Shown here one piece after another: positions 12,240-25,084 of a stretch of DNA of 64,000 nt (its first letter is position 1; each line of letters opens with the position of its first letter). Source of the DNA: Camelus dromedarius. Taxonomy: Eukaryota. The notes beneath the pieces were generated by a model. That model was not told the origin of the DNA, made no database searches, and was given only the letters and a program-made list of their open reading frames with translations. The stretch lies in assembly GCF_036321535.1 (NCBI RefSeq), contig NC_087436.1, positions 65,288,001 to 65,352,000 of the forward strand, in the 5' to 3' direction. Position numbers and translations under genes: made by a program.

Positions 12240-12690
12240 AGTAGTGGTTAGTTTTTGCTGTGATTAAAAACCACCAATATTTTAGTGATGCACAACAAAA
12301 TTTCTCACCCCAGAGTCTGTGTCTTGGCTCGCCTTGGGTGGGCTTAACTGGACTCAGGTTGACCTAGCTCCAGGCTGCAAATCAAATCAAGTCTTTTCTA
12401 TTCCAGGACCCAGGGTGTGGGAATCATAGCTATTCGGAAAGTGCTCTTTTTGTATCTGATGGCACAGCACAAGGGAGACAAGGACAAATACATGATGCCT
12501 CTTATAGCCTCTGTTTAGAACTAAAGAGCTCCCCTCTGCCCACATTCCATGTGTCAAATCAAATCTATGCCTTAAGTCCAAAGTAAACTGGGACAAGGTA
12601 ACATAGGTTCACTGTTGCTTGCAGTAAATCAAAGTAAGGGCAGAAGGAAAAGAAATAATTGTGAAAAAATAATACAATTTCTCAACATTC
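12240..12690 (-). mobile_element. MaLR LTR (MLT1H-like)
   Basis: ttgctgtgattaaaaaccacc...ttagtg..caacaa...tttctcac; gggacccagg; ctgcccacattccat motifs. Confidence 0.7.
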
Positions 12691-13886
12691 TGTATACAGG
12701 TGGCAAATGCCTTTATGTTATAGAAGACAAAGACATCCAGCAGGTATCTTTGTTTTTTCCTTATTATTATAGAGAACAGGAATTTTAAAGAGGGCTCTGT
12801 GACCTTGTTTGTCTAGATATACTCTGTCTCCATATATCCATCTGATCTTTGGAGACTTCCTGGAACTGTGACTAGGAAATAAGGCACACTATCTTATTCT
12901 TAGGCCAGTAAAATTGGCCCCACTCTTTAGTTTACATATCTCTCCAACATAGAAAAATCATGTTATTCTTTCTCTGAAACAATTTGTTTAAATTTCAAAT
13001 CACAATTCTTCCACCCATACCTTACAACTACAAGATCCTAGTTTTGGGCGCTCAAACACCAGGCAGGACTTTCACATTTTTCCTCTTTGGGCTGTGTCCT
13101 CTCCCCCTTTTGGGGCAATGAGAACCAACCATCTACTTGAAAGCATGGAGAGGCTACAGGAAATACCAGGGGGGAATGCAAATGGGATATCGTCTTTAAA
13201 AGAATATCACATGGCAGAATTAGTCTATGATAACTTATACCTGTACACTTTTTCTTTTTATTATATTTAAACATTTAGTCTTCACTTACAACCAGAAAGG
13301 GCTGTCACTGTCAATTCAAAAGTCAAGTATAGAGAATGAAATTATTATTGTCATCAGAAATTCATACATACAATCAGAATTATTTTGAGAATTGGAAGTA
13401 AAATTTGACATAACATAATCAAGTAAATATGAGTGAGATTAACCATGCTCAAGTTCACACATGTGAGTGAGGGCGGTACTGGGGAGTCATAGTAATGACA
13501 AGGAATTTGTCTGGAAATAGTGTAATTCTCTCTTCTATAGGATTGCAGCTTAAATAAATATCATTTCTGACAAACGTTGGATATATTCCAGACTCCTAGC
13601 ATTTAGTGGCATATTAAATGTTAAAGCACTCCCTGATAATCATTACCTCAAAAATGCCAAAATTTAAAGGAGGTAAAATTATGCAAGTCATAATTATCCT
13701 TTGCACTGAGTCAAGGATTACTGTCAAATACTGAAACACAAACACTAGATTTTTTATGATACCACAGACCTTTAAATCGTTTTTCTTTCTGTGTTATTTG
13801 TGAAAGAGCCAGAAATGTATACTTTCTATTATACATCATAGAGTAAAAGTGTAATTTTTAATAATTTTAAAAGGAGTCATATTCTT

Positions 13887-13922
13887 TTTTATTTTTTTCC
13901 TACCGAAACCCAGAATTGAATC
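13887..13922 (-). pseudogene. retroposed 3' fragment of tRNA-Phe with A-rich tail
   Basis: Minus strand reads tgattcaattctgggtttcggta-gg-aaaaaaataaaa, 18/23 identical to the vertebrate tRNA-Phe(GAA) 3' end tggttcgatcccgggtttcggca. Perfect 16-bp TSD aaggagtcatattctt at 13871-13886 and 13923-13938. Confidence 0.65.
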
Positions 13923-15239
13923 AAGGAGTCATATTCTTAAGAGAGCACAGTAAAATTTAGGGAGAAGGAAAATCCTATGCACTAAATTTGAGTTTTTCAT
14001 TTTTCCCCTAAAGCTATATCCTCACAATTGAGTCTAATGGGTTCCATTGTTTTGTCAAAATTATTGCCATCAGGCATCACACTAGCTTTATTTTCATTTT
14101 GTTAGTGAGGCTCTCCTACATTCTTCAGTGTTTTTATTATTCATGCCCGTTTATAATTAAATCTTCCTTTTCTTTCTTTTCTCTGCTTACTATGAGGGAA
14201 AGAGGATGTGATCCAGACACTGACTGCCTAGTTACACAGAAGGAACTGTGGGATGTTACATGTAGTGTCTTTCTCTAAGTCTAAGTAGGTGATCCAATTG
14301 CATTGATATCAAGTGTTTCTAAAGCACTGAAGTGTTAAATTTAAGAAAGGTAAATTGGGTGGCTAGGAAGTGTGTCTGCAGCCAGAGCTTATTAACACTG
14401 GAAACATCAGAGGTTTCAGATGAAAAGCAAGCCTTAAAAAAAAACAGAGTTTCACTGGGTAATAACTAATCATAGTTGTTTGGAATTTCATCGTACCAAA
14501 TAAAATCTCACCTGTAAGTTCTCTGTGCTTCAAGGAAGGCATTACTATTCAGATGGTGATGGACCCAAGTAGAGGCAATGTGGCCAGACTCTAACGGGCC
14601 AGACTTGATAACCAAAATCTGTCCATAGGTATTAAGACTCATAGTTAACTGCTTCTCTAATACTGTAAGCTCTAAATTAATTACGTACTTTTTCAAATTC
14701 TTCTATTAAATAACTGTCTAGCCTACTGGGAGAATCATTAACGAATATAAATAAATCCCTGCTTCTCCTCACCCTGGAGAATGCAAATGAGTGCCTATGA
14801 TTTGGAGTGTCTGTCTTTGCAACTTTCTTTTAGAAACCCTGTCTTAAACCACTATGTGTTTGGTTTATCTGCTGCATATGAACGTGTGTTAGTATGTTAT
14901 CTCCCCTTCAGTAGCCAAATGGACTTCTAGGTGGTCATCAGTTCTATCTGTCCTTGAGGAAGTTTGCAAAGATCTTTGAGGTTCTCATCAGATTTCCCAA
15001 GGCAGGTATTCAGGAAACTGCAAAACCTACATTTTAAGTAATAATCGCAAACGTACCCACAGATTGGGTTAAAATCTGTCCCATCATATGTACATTATGC
15101 TGAAAGGAAAAAAACAGCAGAAAAGTAAAAATGTTTAATTGAAATAGTTTAAGAAGCTTAAAAATGACCTACCTTTTAGGCTAGCTTTCCTTCTTATAAT
15201 AAATTCTAATTGCTAGTTTGATACTGATTCATTGACATG

Positions 15240-15425
15240 AATAGAACCCAACATGTTCAAAATCATTGTCTTCCTCTGACCACCCCCCAACATTTTACAG
15301 AGTCTCTCACTTAATAAAACATTCAATCCTTGTAGTCACTCAGACAAGAAACCCCAGTGTCATATTAATTTCTTTCTCTTCCACATGTTTTACTTTCAGA
15401 TCATTTTCAGGCCTTGTTAATTTTA
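15240..15425 (+). mobile_element. L2 fragment
   Basis: aacatgttcaaaatc...cactcagacaagaaaccccagtgtcat...ttctttctcttcc. Confidence 0.55.
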
Positions 15426-15444
15426 TATTTCATTCGTGTAGTTT

Positions 15445-16460
15445 TTCATTCATGTACTTAATACATATTTATTCAATCTCAACCACGTGTCAGGAAATGT
15501 TGTTGCACTGGGCATTTCTCAGGAAACAAAATAGACAAAAACTTTTGCCTTGACATTGATTATACTTTGGTAGGAAAGAAAGAGATCTTTAAAAATTAGG
15601 GAAGAACGTAAAAATGTATGTTCTATAAGGTGGTGATGTCTACAGGGGTAAGTGGAGCTGAAGTGGAAGGAAGTGGAATAAAAAACAAATTTGTAAACAT
15701 CAGATATATATTTAAAATCTTACTCTGGTCCTTGTGTTAAGATGGACAGCAGGTAGCAACAAGGGAGCCAGAGAAAGCAGAAAGAAGCAGAAAAAAATTT
15801 GAAGGTTTTTGTAAGAACCCAAGTGAAAATAATGGTGGCTTTGGCATGATGGATGCAGTGAGTGTGGTAAGCAGTGATAGGATACTTGACATCTTTTTAA
15901 GAACGAAGAGGAATTTCTAGTTAATTTGGACTTCAGTAATGAAAGAGTAAAGAAGAGTCAAAGATAAATCTAGGATTTCTCAGCAACTAAACTAAACTAA
16001 AAAAAAAAACAAACCTTTTACTGAGATAGGGAACACATTTTAGAGATGAGTTGGAGTTTGATATTAGAAATATTCTATTTATGATGCTTCTCAAACATCG
16101 AAGTGGAGATACTGGGTAGGCAGCTAGATTCAACTATCTGGAATGTAGGAGGTAGAGATAAATGTTTGAGACTCAGCAGACAGATGGTATTTAAAGTTTA
16201 ATTACTTGAGAAGAACAAATATAAATAGAAAAGATAAGACGTATGGGACAGGACTGCATCTTGGAGTACTCAAAGATTTAGAAATCAGGGAGATGAGGAA
16301 AGTAATTAAAGAAGATGCAGTTGGAACAACTAATTATGCAAAAGGATAACCAGGTTACAACTTGATTCCAAGTGTAACAAAGGAGGATGTAGAAGGAAAA
16401 TCAACAGTGTGATGTTCTGAAGTCAAGTAAAGAATAACTGCAAGGAATGAGTTATTATCT
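15445..16460 (-). mobile_element. L2 (L2a-like) 3' portion
   Basis: ttcattcat..ttaatacatatttatt...tgtcagga..tgttg..gcactggg tail, then gaagagtcaaagataa.tctagg.tttct and gtggagatactgggtaggcagctagat. Confidence 0.8.
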
Positions 16461-16477
16461 TGATAATGTATATTTTA

Positions 16478-17750
16478 ATTAAACCTTTTATTTTGAGATA
16501 ATTTATATTCAGTTGTAAGAAACAGTACAGATGTAGCCTGTATTCCCTCTATCCAGGTGCATCCCGCTCACCATAATAACATAATGAAAAACTGATAGTA
16601 CAACACATAGAGGTAGAGGGACAATGGCTGGAGAAATTGATGGTGCATTGTCACAACCAGCGTATTGCCGTTGCTACAGTCAAGATACAGCAGAATTCCA
16701 TCACCAGAAGGATCCTTCCTGTTGTCCTTTTTTTGTAATACCAACCTCCCACTCCTGCCTCGCCTTTAGAAACCATTACTCTTTTCTCTATTTTTTTCTC
16801 TATTTCTATATTTTTGTCATTTCAAGAAGAGTGGAAATTTCTACTCAGCCTGTATTCCTTTAGATTCATCCATGTTGTTGCACATATCAATAGTTATTCT
16901 TTTTTTACTGTTGAGTAGAGTTCCATGGTATTATATGCCACAATTTGTTTAACTCTTTGCCCATTAAAGACATCTGTGTTATTTCTAGTTTTGCCTGTTA
17001 CCAAAAAAAAAAAAAAGCTCCTATGAAATTTTGAGTACATTATGTATGTGTGTGATCATAAGTTTTTGATTTACTCTGGGATACATTTGATATATTTCTA
17101 ATATTTTTGAGTTTTCATTTTTAATTTGTTGAGAGATATTGGTCTTTAGTTTTATCTTTTTTGGGAGGGTGATGGAGAGCACTATCTTTGGTTTTTGTAT
17201 CAGTGTAATACTAATTAAAAGAATGAGTTGGAAAATATTTCTTTTCTTTCATTTTCTGGAAGAGATTGTGTGTAAATATGGGGTTATTTCTTATTTAAAT
17301 GTTTGGTAGAATTCACCAGGGAAACCACTGGGCCTGGATATTATTTTTGGGGGAGTTTTAATTACACATGAAATTTATATAATTATTATAGAATTATTCA
17401 GGCTATTTATTTAATCTTGAGTTATGTTAGTTTGTGGATTTCAAGGAATTAGTATAAAGCTTCTAAATTGTTGAATTTATGAGTATAACTTGTTCTTAGT
17501 ATTCTCTTATTATCTTTTTTATTGCAGCAGGATCTGTAGTGATTTCTTCTGCTTAATTCCTGACATTGGTGGCTTATTCTCTCTTTTTATTTTTGACAGC
17601 TTTTTAGAATTTTATCAGTTTTTTGAAAGAATCAGATTGTTTTGGTTTCTTTAATTCTCTCTGTTGTTTTCTTATCTGTATTTTCTAATGTAAATGATTA
17701 GTGTTACCAGTTTTCCTCCCAGCATTTCTTTAGCTGCATCCCACAAATTT
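16478..17750 (-). mobile_element. L1MC/L1MD-like fragment with internal deletions
   Basis: ttttattttgagataattt...cagttgtaagaaacagtacaga terminus; ttcatccatgttgttgc; ggtagaattcaccagggaaaccactgggcctgg ORF2 motif. Confidence 0.8.
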
Positions 17751-17751
17751 T

Positions 17752-18108
17752 GTGGGCTCCTGGAATGGTATTTATAAGGCTGCCGTCTCTATCCATCACC
17801 TCCATGAGTCTTCAAATAAGATTTTGCCAATGGGCTTAGGGCAGCTATTGGTCAGCAGGACCAAACATTGGGAAAATATCTGGATAAAGAACAGGGGTGA
17901 GTGAGGATAAGCCAGAACTGCCAAATATCACTTCATCTGTTCTGTAACATATCTGACAAAGAACTTCAGAGAGTAATGGCTGATATTTTACTTCTTTTTT
18001 TCTTCAAATTTCTTTTCTGGACTAATCTAATCAAAGGCTACATAGGGAAGGAGATTTAGGGCAATGTAAGTTCAGGTTAACCAATCTGACAAAGCACAAT
18101 CCAGAACA
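17752..18108 (-). mobile_element. ERVL-class LTR (LTR41-like), 3' LTR of the adjacent internal remnant
   Basis: agagtaatggctg..ttt.acttc and catagggaaggagatttagggcaatgtaagttcagg.taacc..ctgaca end in CA at 18108, abutting ERVL internal sequence. Confidence 0.6.
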
Positions 18109-19372
18109 AATCTCTTGTTAACTTGAAATTCATATAAACTCTCTTCATCATATTTACTTACAAATAAAACAATAGAAAAATTGTGCTTCTGCCTGATAAG
18201 ATGGAGCTATCATGGAAAGCCAAAAACATGGTAGCTTTTTCAATAATTGAGGATTTTCAAAGTCCATGTTACTAAGCCAACATTAAGCACCATCCCTGCT
18301 GTTATGGCCTCTTTGTTCACTGGGTAAGGGTAAGGGTGGCTGATTTCCACCCACAGTTTGGGGCATCGTCTTCATCTGATCATTAATACACTCTACTGAA
18401 GTTAACCTTTGGCAAGCATTCAGGTGGGACACAGATAATCTCACACTTCTTTCCAGACTTTCTTGTAACCAATTTTCTAATTGTATTCCTTCTGAGTCCC
18501 TGATCATCTATCCAAATTGTTAGTTATTGCCCATGAATTGATGATGACTCATACTTCTGTATAGCTTTTCTTCCCCACCCCCCCAACCAAAAAAATAAAT
18601 AATGACATAGATTTCTCAAGGTCAGTAGCCTTTTATGGGAAGTTTTTATTCACTACTGTTTTTAGAGCCACTCTTCAGTGAAGTAGTGAGGTAGCTGTCT
18701 GCTTTCAAATATACAGCATATTGTTTACAACCATCTGTAGGCTCTAACTGAATTATTAGTCCCCAGGAAATTAATTATAGTAAATTTCCCATGAGATCAT
18801 TATGCAAATCAAGAAAGAAAAAAAGTAGGAGAAATGGGAGCTATGAGAATCAGATATAATTTTTCACATGGCTTACTTGTACCTTTAGGACCTGTTCTAT
18901 CATGAGATGGTGTATACCACTTCCACTTGATGATGGAATACTTAAAAATTTAGGGCCTAGTAGGTCAGAAAACATCATGGTTTGTCATGGGCAGGTCAGT
19001 CTTCATGATAAAAACCGAGCCGTGGTCAAGTGGCCAGTCCCTACCAGGACCCAGTAGCCAGCCAGAAGTTATTTCTTAAAAAAAGAGCTTTTTTGTTTGT
19101 TTATTTGTTTTGGGTTTTTTTGTTTGTTTGGTTTTGTTTTGTTTTTTTTTTAGAAGAGGGCATAGCTTTGCTCCAAAATCTTGTAGGCTACATACAACAT
19201 CTGTATCAGCTACAGATAGGTCAAACACCATCAAATCATTTCAGTTATATGGCCCAGATGTCAGGGTTGTATGCTCCTATTTAAGAGATGTCTTTTCCTA
19301 TGGGATCTATCCAAAATTGACAGCCTTTCAATTTACTCAGTAAATGGGTAGAAAAGTAGCAAGTGAAAATTT

Positions 19373-19403
<31 letters not shown>

Positions 19404-20200
19404 ATATATATATATATATATGTGTATATATATATATTTACACACACATACACATATATATACACACACATATATATACACACATATATACACATATATC
19501 TGTGTGTGTGTGTGTGTGTGTGTATAGCCTTCGCTCTAAAGAGGCCCAATAAGCTTTGTGCTTTTTAAGTGGTAGGAGAGGCTAAATGCAGAGTTGTCCT
19601 TTTCCTTTGAAGGGCAGTCTTAACAAACACTAGACAAGTTGACTGCTGGGAATTTAATTGAGGTTCTAGGACCCTGACTTTTCATGGAATTTATTTTCCA
19701 CCTCTAGCATACCTATATCTTAGCAAGCTATTGAAAACAATTGCTACTTCCTGCTCAACAGGTTTAGCCAGCATGATAGAATCAATGTAGTGGATCTGTG
19801 TGACATCCTGTGGAATGAAGAAGCTATCAATGTTCCTGTAGGCAAGATTATGGAATAGAGCTGGGGAATAGAAACATGAAAATATAGGGATAACTTGGGT
19901 GGTTTTCATTAAATTTATAGGAAAAAAATAAATTCCCTCATCAATAGCTGCTTACCAAATGCCAAGAGATGTTTTGATGTGCAACAGCCAAAAACCAACA
20001 TCTGGAACAGGCAATGGGAGCCTACAACTAAATACAGTAATTCTCTTGTGTACACCACTCTTACACACACTCCAAGTGGGCAATTTGGCTGGAGATACGG
20101 AAGGATTTCTTCTGTGTGTGTTAATTCCTTGATGGTGGAACAAGCTCTATAAGAATGTTATGTGTGTTTGGTTTACTGCTTAGAAGGGTGGAGGCAGTAA
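18109..20200 (-). mobile_element. decayed ERVL (class III) internal pol remnant
   Basis: ORF 19691-19909 SPALFHNLAYRNID..IPQDVTQIHYIDSIML..EQEVA matches the ERVL RT core (SPALCHNL..HYIDDIML). ~19025-19080 gives LLAGYWVLVGTGHLT (cf. LLACYWALVETE). Confidence 0.88.
19372..19526. repeat. compound (TA)n/(TG)n/(CA)n microsatellite
   Basis: About 150 bp of nearly pure alternating purine-pyrimidine sequence. Confidence 0.97.
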
Positions 20201-22089
20201 GAAAGCTTGGGCTTTCTTAGCATAATAGACGTCAGTCTATAAGGCTAGGGTATCGGTTTAGGGATTTTCAATTGCCTGGTTTGCCTATTACAATCGCGTA
20301 TTCCAGAGGTGGGAAGATAACCAGACGGTGGTTTGTACCTTCTGTGATTCTTGCTAAACTCCATTAATCATCTGACCTTCACAAGTCCTTAACTTAATGG
20401 GCCATAGTGTCATTTACATCCCAGGAATTAATTTGACTTCAGAGCTACTGTCTCCTACTCCCTGAGTATCTAGTTATTTCCTTTTTTTTTTTTCTTCATT
20501 AAACCACCCTGATAAATAGCCACAGATGTTTATAGGAGAGGCTAAGAGTAAGATTTACAACATAAACATTAGGGAATTTAAGCAAGAGTCCTTCCCAAAG
20601 GGGACTTGACTTCCCCTTCATTCAGGAGGCCCTAGGTCTCTAAGGTAACTCGAGGCTCAGTTCTGCGGAGTTCAGAGGGGCGATTTGTGGAGGGGCCATT
20701 GTTCTCTCTTCTGGTGACTGAATTTAAAATTCTGTTCCTAGGAGCATCATGATACATCATCTGATACCAAAGATCCCTTCTTCTCAGAACTTTCTGATTA
20801 ACACTTTGGTCTGCTGCTCATTGCGGTCATCACAGCAACCTTGTTTGTGAGAAGTAAATACTGTCACTTGGCCCCTGTCTCTCTGGGATCACATAATGTC
20901 CTTTGAGAATTGTCTAGTTCCATTCTTGGTCTGCAGAGAAGAGCTACTACAGAGGTCTGAAAACTTCAGTAAATAAGGTATAAAAGTCTAGGTCACAAAC
21001 AAGGGGAAAGTTAAAAACTAATAAAAGGAGATGAAAGATGAGTAAATACTGATTTAGACTGGACATGCTTATGGCCTACCCTACCTAAAACAGGGCCTTG
21101 CTAGCACAGAGTTAATTTTAAGGTAACAGGTATATTGAGAATAAGTTTTGGGGTAATTGTTTTAATATTTCGCTGGTAAAACACCATGTATCTGATTTAT
21201 GTTATTTGAATTCAGAACCCACACTCTTAACAATTACCTAAAATATATGGGAAATAAAAGAGCCAGACTTCAGTGTGGAGAGAGTCACAAAAGTGTCACT
21301 GACAAAGGACTACCATAAATCCCCCCCAAACTAAATTGCCTAATATTGTGACAAGTGCCACACTATTGGTTGCTGGAGATGTACAGGTGACAAGGCAGTG
21401 TGCCGCTTTTCACCCCTTCATGTGTTCTGTCTGCAGCTGTCTACATATTTGACTGTTTTCCCAGAAAGTAGATGGCCCTTTTGCTCAGGTATGTGGCAGG
21501 AAGTGCCACTTGTGTCACTCGTCTGTCGAGTGTGCCATACTTTATTTATTACTGCATTCCTATATATGTTTCAAGTTATCTCAGATAGTCTCTTGTGTTT
21601 TAATGTTATTATTTGATTTTATACCTTAATGTCCTGAACTGGATATTCACGGTCTGATGCCTTTTATAAACTATAGAAAATCAAACCTATGCTGAATTGG
21701 CATGCTTTTCATCAGCCACAATATTAGAGAAATGGGCTGAAGTGCTCACCATGCTACTGGCTCATGATTCAAACATAGTTGTTGAATACCAATGTCAGAG
21801 TTGGTTATCTCTCATCACCATGTGCCTGTAGTGCTTCAAAGGCTCATTGGTTTCATACAGTCATTCTGTCTTTCATAATGCCCAAATAATTAGTGTCAAG
21901 TGAAGAGAAAAATTTGAGATAAAAAACTATTTTATCATGAATACAGAACCTCCAGTCTGAACAAAAAAATTCCCTTGCTTTTAACGAGGAATTTAGATTA
22001 GGGGTTTCATGGGAACCTGGAATCATTTGAGAGCGGCAGTTAGTTTTTACCTTCAGTCCTTTCCTTATTACTGACCTTTCTACACATTG

Positions 22090-22655
22090 CTTGTGACTGG
22101 CGAGTAGTTTTCCTAATTGTGATATTTAGTTAGCAATCTGGCTCTCATATTAAGCCACATAGTCCAATCTAATGGTGATGTCATCCCCCTCCTTATTTTG
22201 TCTTTTGTTTGTTCCCTCAAGTTATTCACAGTCGTTGGGACTTCTTAGAACATTAACACATGAAGAAGTCATTGAGGTCTCAGGCTCTTATCTTTCCACT
22301 CTGGACCTTGCACTATGTAGCTTTCATCCTCAAGGTCAAAATAAGGCTGATGTGTTTCCAGAAATTTCTCCTAAGTTTCCAGCAGGAAAAAGGAGGAAAG
22401 GGTAACATAAAAGAGATACATGACACATGACAACTGAACATGTCCTTTTTGTCATGAAAATAATAGCTTTACTCGTAGTCCTATCTACTATACCTCTACT
22501 TTGTCCAGATCTGGGTACATGGTCTCCTCTAGTTTCAAGGGTGTCTGGGAAAGAGGTTGTATACTTTGATAGCCTGAACAAATCAGGTCCACATTAGAAA
22601 AAAACTAACTAAAAACAGAGAAACAGGAGGAGAAACAGTACAGTGTAAGTAACTA
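22090..22655 (-). mobile_element. old MaLR LTR (MLT1J-like)
   Basis: gtcattgaggtctcaggctc.t.tctttcc.ctctg; ttcatcctcaaggtc; ccagatctgggtacatgg...ctagtttcaagggtgtctgggaaag. Confidence 0.65.
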
Positions 22656-22779
22656 TATGTTGCCTATATGATATCATATTGTATAAATATTATATAGGCA
22701 GCAGGAATATTATATAGGTAACGTGACATGTAAACTCCAAGCCGCAAGAATAATTACTCACTTGTAGGTTACTGAACTA

Positions 22780-23180
22780 ACCAAACATTTGCACCTTTGT
22801 GTCTCTTCCTATGATCTTTCTCTTTCTGTAAAGTCCACTCCTGCTCCCTTTACCCATCCTGCAAGATTCAGACAGGGACTTTCTCTTCTAGGTGTCAGGA
22901 GTCTCCTCAGAGTTCCCAGCACTCTGTGCTTAGGTTTACCATACTAAATTGCCGATAATCTAGTTTGAGATGTAAGATGCTCTCAAATTCCTTTTGTATG
23001 CTTAAATTCATTTATATGCTGTAAACGTTCTAAGATTTGTTTAAGCAGCATTCCTCCTAGACTGTCAGACCTTGAATAAGGAAATGAATCATAATAATCT
23101 CTTAATCTTTTGTGCATATGTAGCACACAGTGATTCAGACTCAGTTGTACCCCATATCAATCAGGTTTGCTGTCTTATGT
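22780..23180 (+). mobile_element. L2 3' fragment
   Basis: cccatcctgcaagattcaga; ctagactgtcagaccttgaataaggaa...tctt...tagcacacagtg. Confidence 0.55.
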
Positions 23181-23519
23181 TATGGTTTAAGAGAGATTAT
23201 GTAGATCAAATACTTTAACCTAAAGAAATGATCCTGATGATAAAAAAATAATCTGTTAAATCAGTAACAGAATAACTGGAATGCAACTGATTTTCTAGAG
23301 TGCTTAAACACAACACAGAGGTATCTTCCATTTCAGTTATATGTGGAGTCCACCTGGAGCCTAGAGATTAGACTACCGAAGAGATAAAGGAGAAAAAAGG
23401 GTATGCATGTGAGAGGGGATGGCAGTGGGAGGCTTGTCAGGGGTATGCTCTTCTAAGTCCTCTCATCTTCCCACTTTTCACCTTAGCTCTGTTGCATGTT
23501 CTGGTTTTTGAACTGAGCC

Positions 23520-23732
23520 CATCCCCTCTTCTGGTTTTTCCATTCAATAGCTTTGTAACCAGTAGTGAACTAATTAACATCTATGCCTCAGTTACATTAT
23601 CTGTGAAGTGAAGATAATAGCAAATATCTGGTAAAAGGTTAGTTGTATTAATTGGATCAATATATTAAAATGCTAAGAACAGCTCCTCACACATGCTAAG
23701 TATTTAAATAACAGTGGCTATTATTATTATTA
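23520..23732 (+). mobile_element. MIR SINE
   Basis: Core taacatctatgcctcagttacattatctgtgaagtgaagataatag and tail aatgctaagaacag...tatttaaata...gctattattatt. Confidence 0.75.
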
Positions 23733-24099
23733 TTTAATTTATGCCTTTTTTTTTTTTTACCTCTGTGCTGTTTCTATGAAACAAGCAATAGAAAGAGACA
23801 CACTTGATCCCAAAATAAAGTGTGTTTTTATAAAGCTGTACGAGCTGTTCTCAGTGCATCAGATCACATGAACACACCCTAAACCAAGTTCACAGAGATT
23901 TGGTGATGTGTAACTGTCTCTGATGTGAAGACAAAATTCAGTCCTAGATAAAAATAACTATTGGGTACACATGAGTTTTAAAGTTGTTGCTGGGAACATT
24001 CTGGTTTTGTTTTTGTTTTGTTTTATGTTATTTTGTTTTCATCTGCTGAGAAGTTTAATAAGGTTACATTTATACCAGGAAAGATTAGTTCTTGGTGTG

Positions 24100-24325
24100 G
24101 GTTTGGGTAACCTATGGACCTGAGTTTAAATCTGATTAGACTTCTTAGCTGTGTGTTCTTAGGGAAGTCACTGAACTTTGTCAACCTTGTTTGTGAAATA
24201 AAGATATTTATATATTCTTTGTTTTTTTGAGAATTTTTGTAAAAAATAGCTAAAATAAGATATATAAAGCACCTATAACAGTTCATGGCACGTAGTAGAA
24301 AAATAGTAAGTTTGTAAATGTAATA
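24100..24325 (+). mobile_element. MIR SINE
   Basis: cctgagtttaaatctg...cttagctgtgtgttcttagggaagtcactgaac; aaagcacct.taacagttcatggcacgtagtag. Confidence 0.75.
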
Positions 24326-24464
24326 ATTCTTACCATAATTAACCAAGCTCATAGTTAACTATGTGTTATAAATAACTAGAAGGCAATTTATTAATTTATA
24401 ATTAAAACCATTACTACTTAGGAAACTATTGCTTCATATCTTCTAGTGAGTAAAATATATTTTT

Positions 24465-24811
24465 TATTTTTATTTTTTCATTGAACTATAATCAGTTTAC
24501 AATGTTGTATTAATTTCTGGTGTACAGCATAGTGATTCAGTTATACATACATATATATTTCATATTCTTTTTCATTATAGGCTATTACAAAGTATTGATT
24601 ATAGTTCCCTGTGCTATACAGTAGGACCTTGCTGTTTATTTATTTTATATATAATAGTTTCTGCAAATCCTGAATTCCCATTTTATCCCTCCATCTCCCC
24701 TTTACCCACCTGCCGTAACCACAAGTTTGTTTTTTTATGTCTGTTTCTGTTTTGTAAATAAGTTCATTTGTCTCTCTCTCTCTCTCTCTTTTCTTCTTTT
24801 TAAGATTCTCT
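24465..24811 (-). mobile_element. 5'-truncated young L1 3' end
   Basis: Same L1 3' UTR family (ttgaactataatcagtttacaatgttgt...gtaaataagttcatttgt). Flanked by taaaatat at 24451-24458 and 24812-24819. Confidence 0.92.
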
Positions 24812-25084
24812 TAAAATATCTGTTTAAAAGGATATCTATTTGGAGGAACAAAATCAAAAGAGTGATTGGTAATCATAGTCTCTGAGAAAGGGAAATTATT
24901 TTTATGGCAAAAATATTAAAGACATCACAATGATAACCTGATGCTTTTGTCTCCTCAAAAGGGATAAATGTTTACCCAAGTTTGGACAGACTGAGTCCTT
25001 AAAAGAGGATGTCTGTCCCGTGAACAATGCTCGAATGTGTCAGCTCCTTCTCACTGAAGCTCTTATGTCGAAGTCCTGACTTCA

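Noticed and set aside
14508..14696. Minus-strand ORF ending at a cag|gtgag donor-like site
   Set aside because: No recognisable protein similarity, weak acceptor, no partner exons.
19281..19568. Tyr/Ile/His/Thr-rich ORFs
   Set aside because: Artefacts of the dinucleotide microsatellite.
20741..20978. Possible plus-strand exon (ttcctag|G ... aag|gtataa)
   Set aside because: Weak donor, no recognisable peptide, no supporting evidence.
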